Shown here: in pieces, positions 39,002 through 41,540 of the stretch | Layout of the letters: each line of letters begins with the position of its first letter | Position numbering within the stretch: position 1 is the first letter of the stretch | Assembly (NCBI GenBank): GCA_050331235.1 | Contig: JBHJHA010000082.1 | Coordinates: forward strand, 1-41,540 | DNA: 41,540 nt | Reading direction: 5' to 3' | Origin: Leptolyngbyaceae cyanobacterium | GTDB taxonomy: Bacteria; Cyanobacteriota; Cyanobacteriia; Phormidesmidales; Phormidesmidaceae | Notes under the pieces: model-generated | Told to the model about the DNA's origin: nothing | Database searches by the model: none | Seen by the model: the letters and a program-made list of their open reading frames with translations, nothing else | Position numbers and translations under genes: made by a program

Positions 39002-41422
39002 ATGGATACGCGACTCACCCCAGTTATCAATTGGTTTGCCCAACAGGGCTGGCAGCCTCTGCGCTTTCAGCAGCAGGTGTGGGAGGCGTATTTGTCAGGG
39101 CACAGTGGCTTGATTCAAGTGCCGACAGGGTCGGGTAAGACCTATGCCGCTGTGATGGGAGCGATCGCGGCGATGCTCTCTGCCCCGCAGAGCGGCTTAC
39201 AACTGCTGTATATCACGCCCCTGCGGGCCCTCTCGCGCGACATTGAGCAATCCATTGGTCGCCCAATCGCGGACATGGGCTGGCCCCTACAGGTGGAATC
39301 GCGCACTGGCGACACCAGCGCCTACAAAAAGTCCCGTCAGCTCAAGAAGATGCCTGACGTACTGATCACGACGCCAGAGTCGCTATCGGTCATGCTGTCT
39401 TACCAAGATAGTCAAAAGCGGTTTGGCAATTTGCGCTGCGTCGTGCTTGACGAATGGCACGAGCTGATGAGTTCCAAACGGGGAACCCAGACCGAGCTGG
39501 CCCTCTCTCGCCTACGCGAACTAGCTCCGGACGTTCAAACCTGGGCCGTGTCGGCCACCTTAGGCAACCTCGAGGAGGCGGCCCAAGCCGCAGTGGGGTT
39601 GAGGACGGTTCCCATCATCGTGCAGTCTGACCTGCGGCGTGATACGGTCATTCAGAGCATTTTGCCCGAGTCGGTAGACAGCTTTCCCTGGGCGGGCCAT
39701 CTAGGGTTGCGAATGTTTGAGGCCCTCGTAGCCGCCTTGGATATTGCTAAGTCGACGCTGATTTTCACGAACACGCGCAATCAAGCCGAACGCTGGTTTC
39801 AAGCGTTACAGTTTGCTATGCCCGATCACGAGTCAGAGATCGCCCTGCACCACGGCTCTATCGATAAGCAGGAGCGGGAAGCGATCGAGGCGGGGGTGAA
39901 AGCGGGGGAGATTAAGTGGGTGGTGTGTACCTCCTCCCTCGACCTAGGCGTGGACTTTCAGCCCGTTGAACGCGTCGTGCAGATTGGCAGCGCTAAAAAC
40001 ATTGCACGACTCTTACAGCGCGCAGGGCGATCGGCCCACGTGCCAGAGGGCACCTCGGAAGTCTTCTTTTTGCCCACCAATGCACTGGAGCTGCTGGAAA
40101 TTTCAGCCTTTCGTCGGGGATTAACGGCTGGAGCCATTGAGACCCGCCGCCCTCGCAGCAAACCCTACGACGTTTTAGTGCAGCACTTGGTCACCTTAGC
40201 CTGTGGCGATGGCTTTACGCCTGCTACCACCTTATCAAGCGTGCGTCAGACGATCGCTTACCAAGCCCTCACTGATGAGGAATTCGATTGGGTAGTGGAA
40301 TTCATTGAAAAAGGGGGCAAATGCCTGGGAGCCTATCCTCGCTATCAAAAAGTAGCTTGGCAGCAGGGTCAGTATCAGGTCACCGATCTCAAATTAGCCC
40401 GCATGCACCGCATGGGGATCGGGACGATTACCGGCAATCAGGCCGTCAAGATTACCTATACCAACCGTCGAGAAATCGGCACCGTTGAAGAAAATTTTGT
40501 CTCCAGACTAAAGCCAAGGGATGTCTTTTTCTTTGCCGGGCGGCAGCTAGAGTTTTTTCAGATGAAGGATATGGTGGCCTATGTCAAAAATACGCGTCGT
40601 CAGTCTACGGTGACGCCGACGTGGGGCGGGGGACAGCTCGCGATTTCCGATACCCTGAGCACCCATCTGCGCCAAGAGGTGGAGCGGGTGCGCCAACCCG
40701 GTGACTGGAATCAAGAAGTCCACTGTATTGCGCCAATTTTAGAAACCCAGGCGCGGCTCTCACGGTTGCCCACAACGACCGAGCTACTGATCGAGTGCTG
40801 CAAAACCCGTGAGGGCCAGCACTTGTACGTGTTTCCGTTTGAGGGGCGGTTTGTACACGAAGGCTTGGGCTTTTTGTGGGGCTATCGATTTGCACGGCAG
40901 CAGCAGACCACCTTTGCGATTTCTGTCAATGATTACGGGTTTGAGATTTTAGCGCCTAAGGGCTATCCCTTTCGAGAGCTATTTTCAGACGAGTTTTTTA
41001 GCCTTGACAATTTAGAAGCTGATATCAAGGCCAGCTTGAATATTTCTGAGCTGACTCAGCGAAAATTTCGCGGGGTTGCTCAAGTGGCGGGGTTAGTGTT
41101 TAAGGGCTATCCCGGCTCGCGCAAAACCGCTTTACAACTACAGGTGAGTTCATCGCTGCTGTACGAGGTCTTTAGCAAATATGAGCCAGACAATCTGCTG
41201 CTTAAGCAAGCTGAGCGAGAGGTGCTGCAAGAGCAGCTAGAAACCCATCGGTTGACTCGCTTATTGGGCCAGTTGCGCGAACTCGACGTTATTTGGCAGG
41301 AAACTCGCCGACCCGGTCCCTTTGCCTTTCCTCTGTTAATCGAACGTTTGGGAACGCGCATGTCTAACGAAAGTCTGCTCGATCGCATTGAACGATTGAA
41401 GCGTCAATGGCAGCAAAAATGA
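39002..41422 (+). CDS. Lhr-core DEXH-box helicase (ligase-associated DNA damage response)
   Basis: PTGSGKT, YITPLRAL, LDEWHEL, SATLGN, HHGS, TSSLDLGVDF and QRAGRSAH motifs. Confidence 0.93.
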   Translation: MDTRLTPVINWFAQQGWQPLRFQQQVWEAYLSGHSGLIQVPTGSGKTYAAVMGAIAAMLSAPQSGLQLLYITPLRALSRDIEQSIGRPIADMGWPLQVESRTGDTSAYKKSRQLKKMPDVLITTPESLSVMLSYQDSQKRFGNLRCVVLDEWHELMSSKRGTQTELALSRLRELAPDVQTWAVSATLGNLEEAAQAAVGLRTVPIIVQSDLRRDTVIQSILPESVDSFPWAGHLGLRMFEALVAALDIAKSTLIFTNTRNQAERWFQALQFAMPDHESEIALHHGSIDKQEREAIEAGVKAGEIKWVVCTSSLDLGVDFQPVERVVQIGSAKNIARLLQRAGRSAHVPEGTSEVFFLPTNALELLEISAFRRGLTAGAIETRRPRSKPYDVLVQHLVTLACGDGFTPATTLSSVRQTIAYQALTDEEFDWVVEFIEKGGKCLGAYPRYQKVAWQQGQYQVTDLKLARMHRMGIGTITGNQAVKITYTNRREIGTVEENFVSRLKPRDVFFFAGRQLEFFQMKDMVAYVKNTRRQSTVTPTWGGGQLAISDTLSTHLRQEVERVRQPGDWNQEVHCIAPILETQARLSRLPTTTELLIECCKTREGQHLYVFPFEGRFVHEGLGFLWGYRFARQQQTTFAISVNDYGFEILAPKGYPFRELFSDEFFSLDNLEADIKASLNISELTQRKFRGVAQVAGLVFKGYPGSRKTALQLQVSSSLLYEVFSKYEPDNLLLKQAEREVLQEQLETHRLTRLLGQLRELDVIWQETRRPGPFAFPLLIERLGTRMSNESLLDRIERLKRQWQQK

Positions 41423-41540
41423 AGCCTGAATTGCCAGCAAGATGAGCCCATCGAGCTGGCAAATCAAGGGCGTAAGATACCAGTATAATTACCAAAGATC
41501 GGGAATACAGTAGGGCACAGACGGCCCCAGATGCACTAAC

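Overview
Cyanobacterial chromosome segment, judged from dense GCGATCGC (HIP1) sites and photosystem I genes. A glucosylglycerol-phosphate phosphatase suggests a salt-tolerant strain; a filamentous Leptolyngbya/Nodosilinea-like lineage is only an inference. Bases 1-5028 are one end of a Tn7-like element with type V-K CAST architecture: tnsB-tnsC-short tniQ, no tnsA, and six TnsB-binding repeats ending at 5028. TnsB looks intact, but tnsC and tniQ each carry one in-frame TAG. The cargo cysteine desulfurase is 5'-truncated by an IS1-family element that needs a +1 frame change at a C7 run. No cas12k, tracrRNA or CRISPR array is inside the window. Just outside the element are a probable integrase relic and a possible second, degenerate transposon end. 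The remaining ~36 kb is mostly core genome: TPR protein, ECF ATPases, ggpP/stpA, DUF928 + CHASE2, cobB/cbiA, psaF-psaJ-psaL, tsaD, sigC, SDR, rsmG, M48 peptidase, tocopherol cyclase, tRNA-Asn, NYN/YacP, purE (in-frame TGA), amt, DICT-GAF kinase, psaD, trpE, FHA, HAD and an Lhr-core helicase. The best leads are the frozen CAST-like core and its layered junction, the psaFJL-type psaL, the purE nonsense codon and three candidate sRNAs. One of these is PsrR1-like and can pair with the psaL ribosome-binding site. I see no clearly new multi-gene system. All family assignments are from motif recognition, not database searches.
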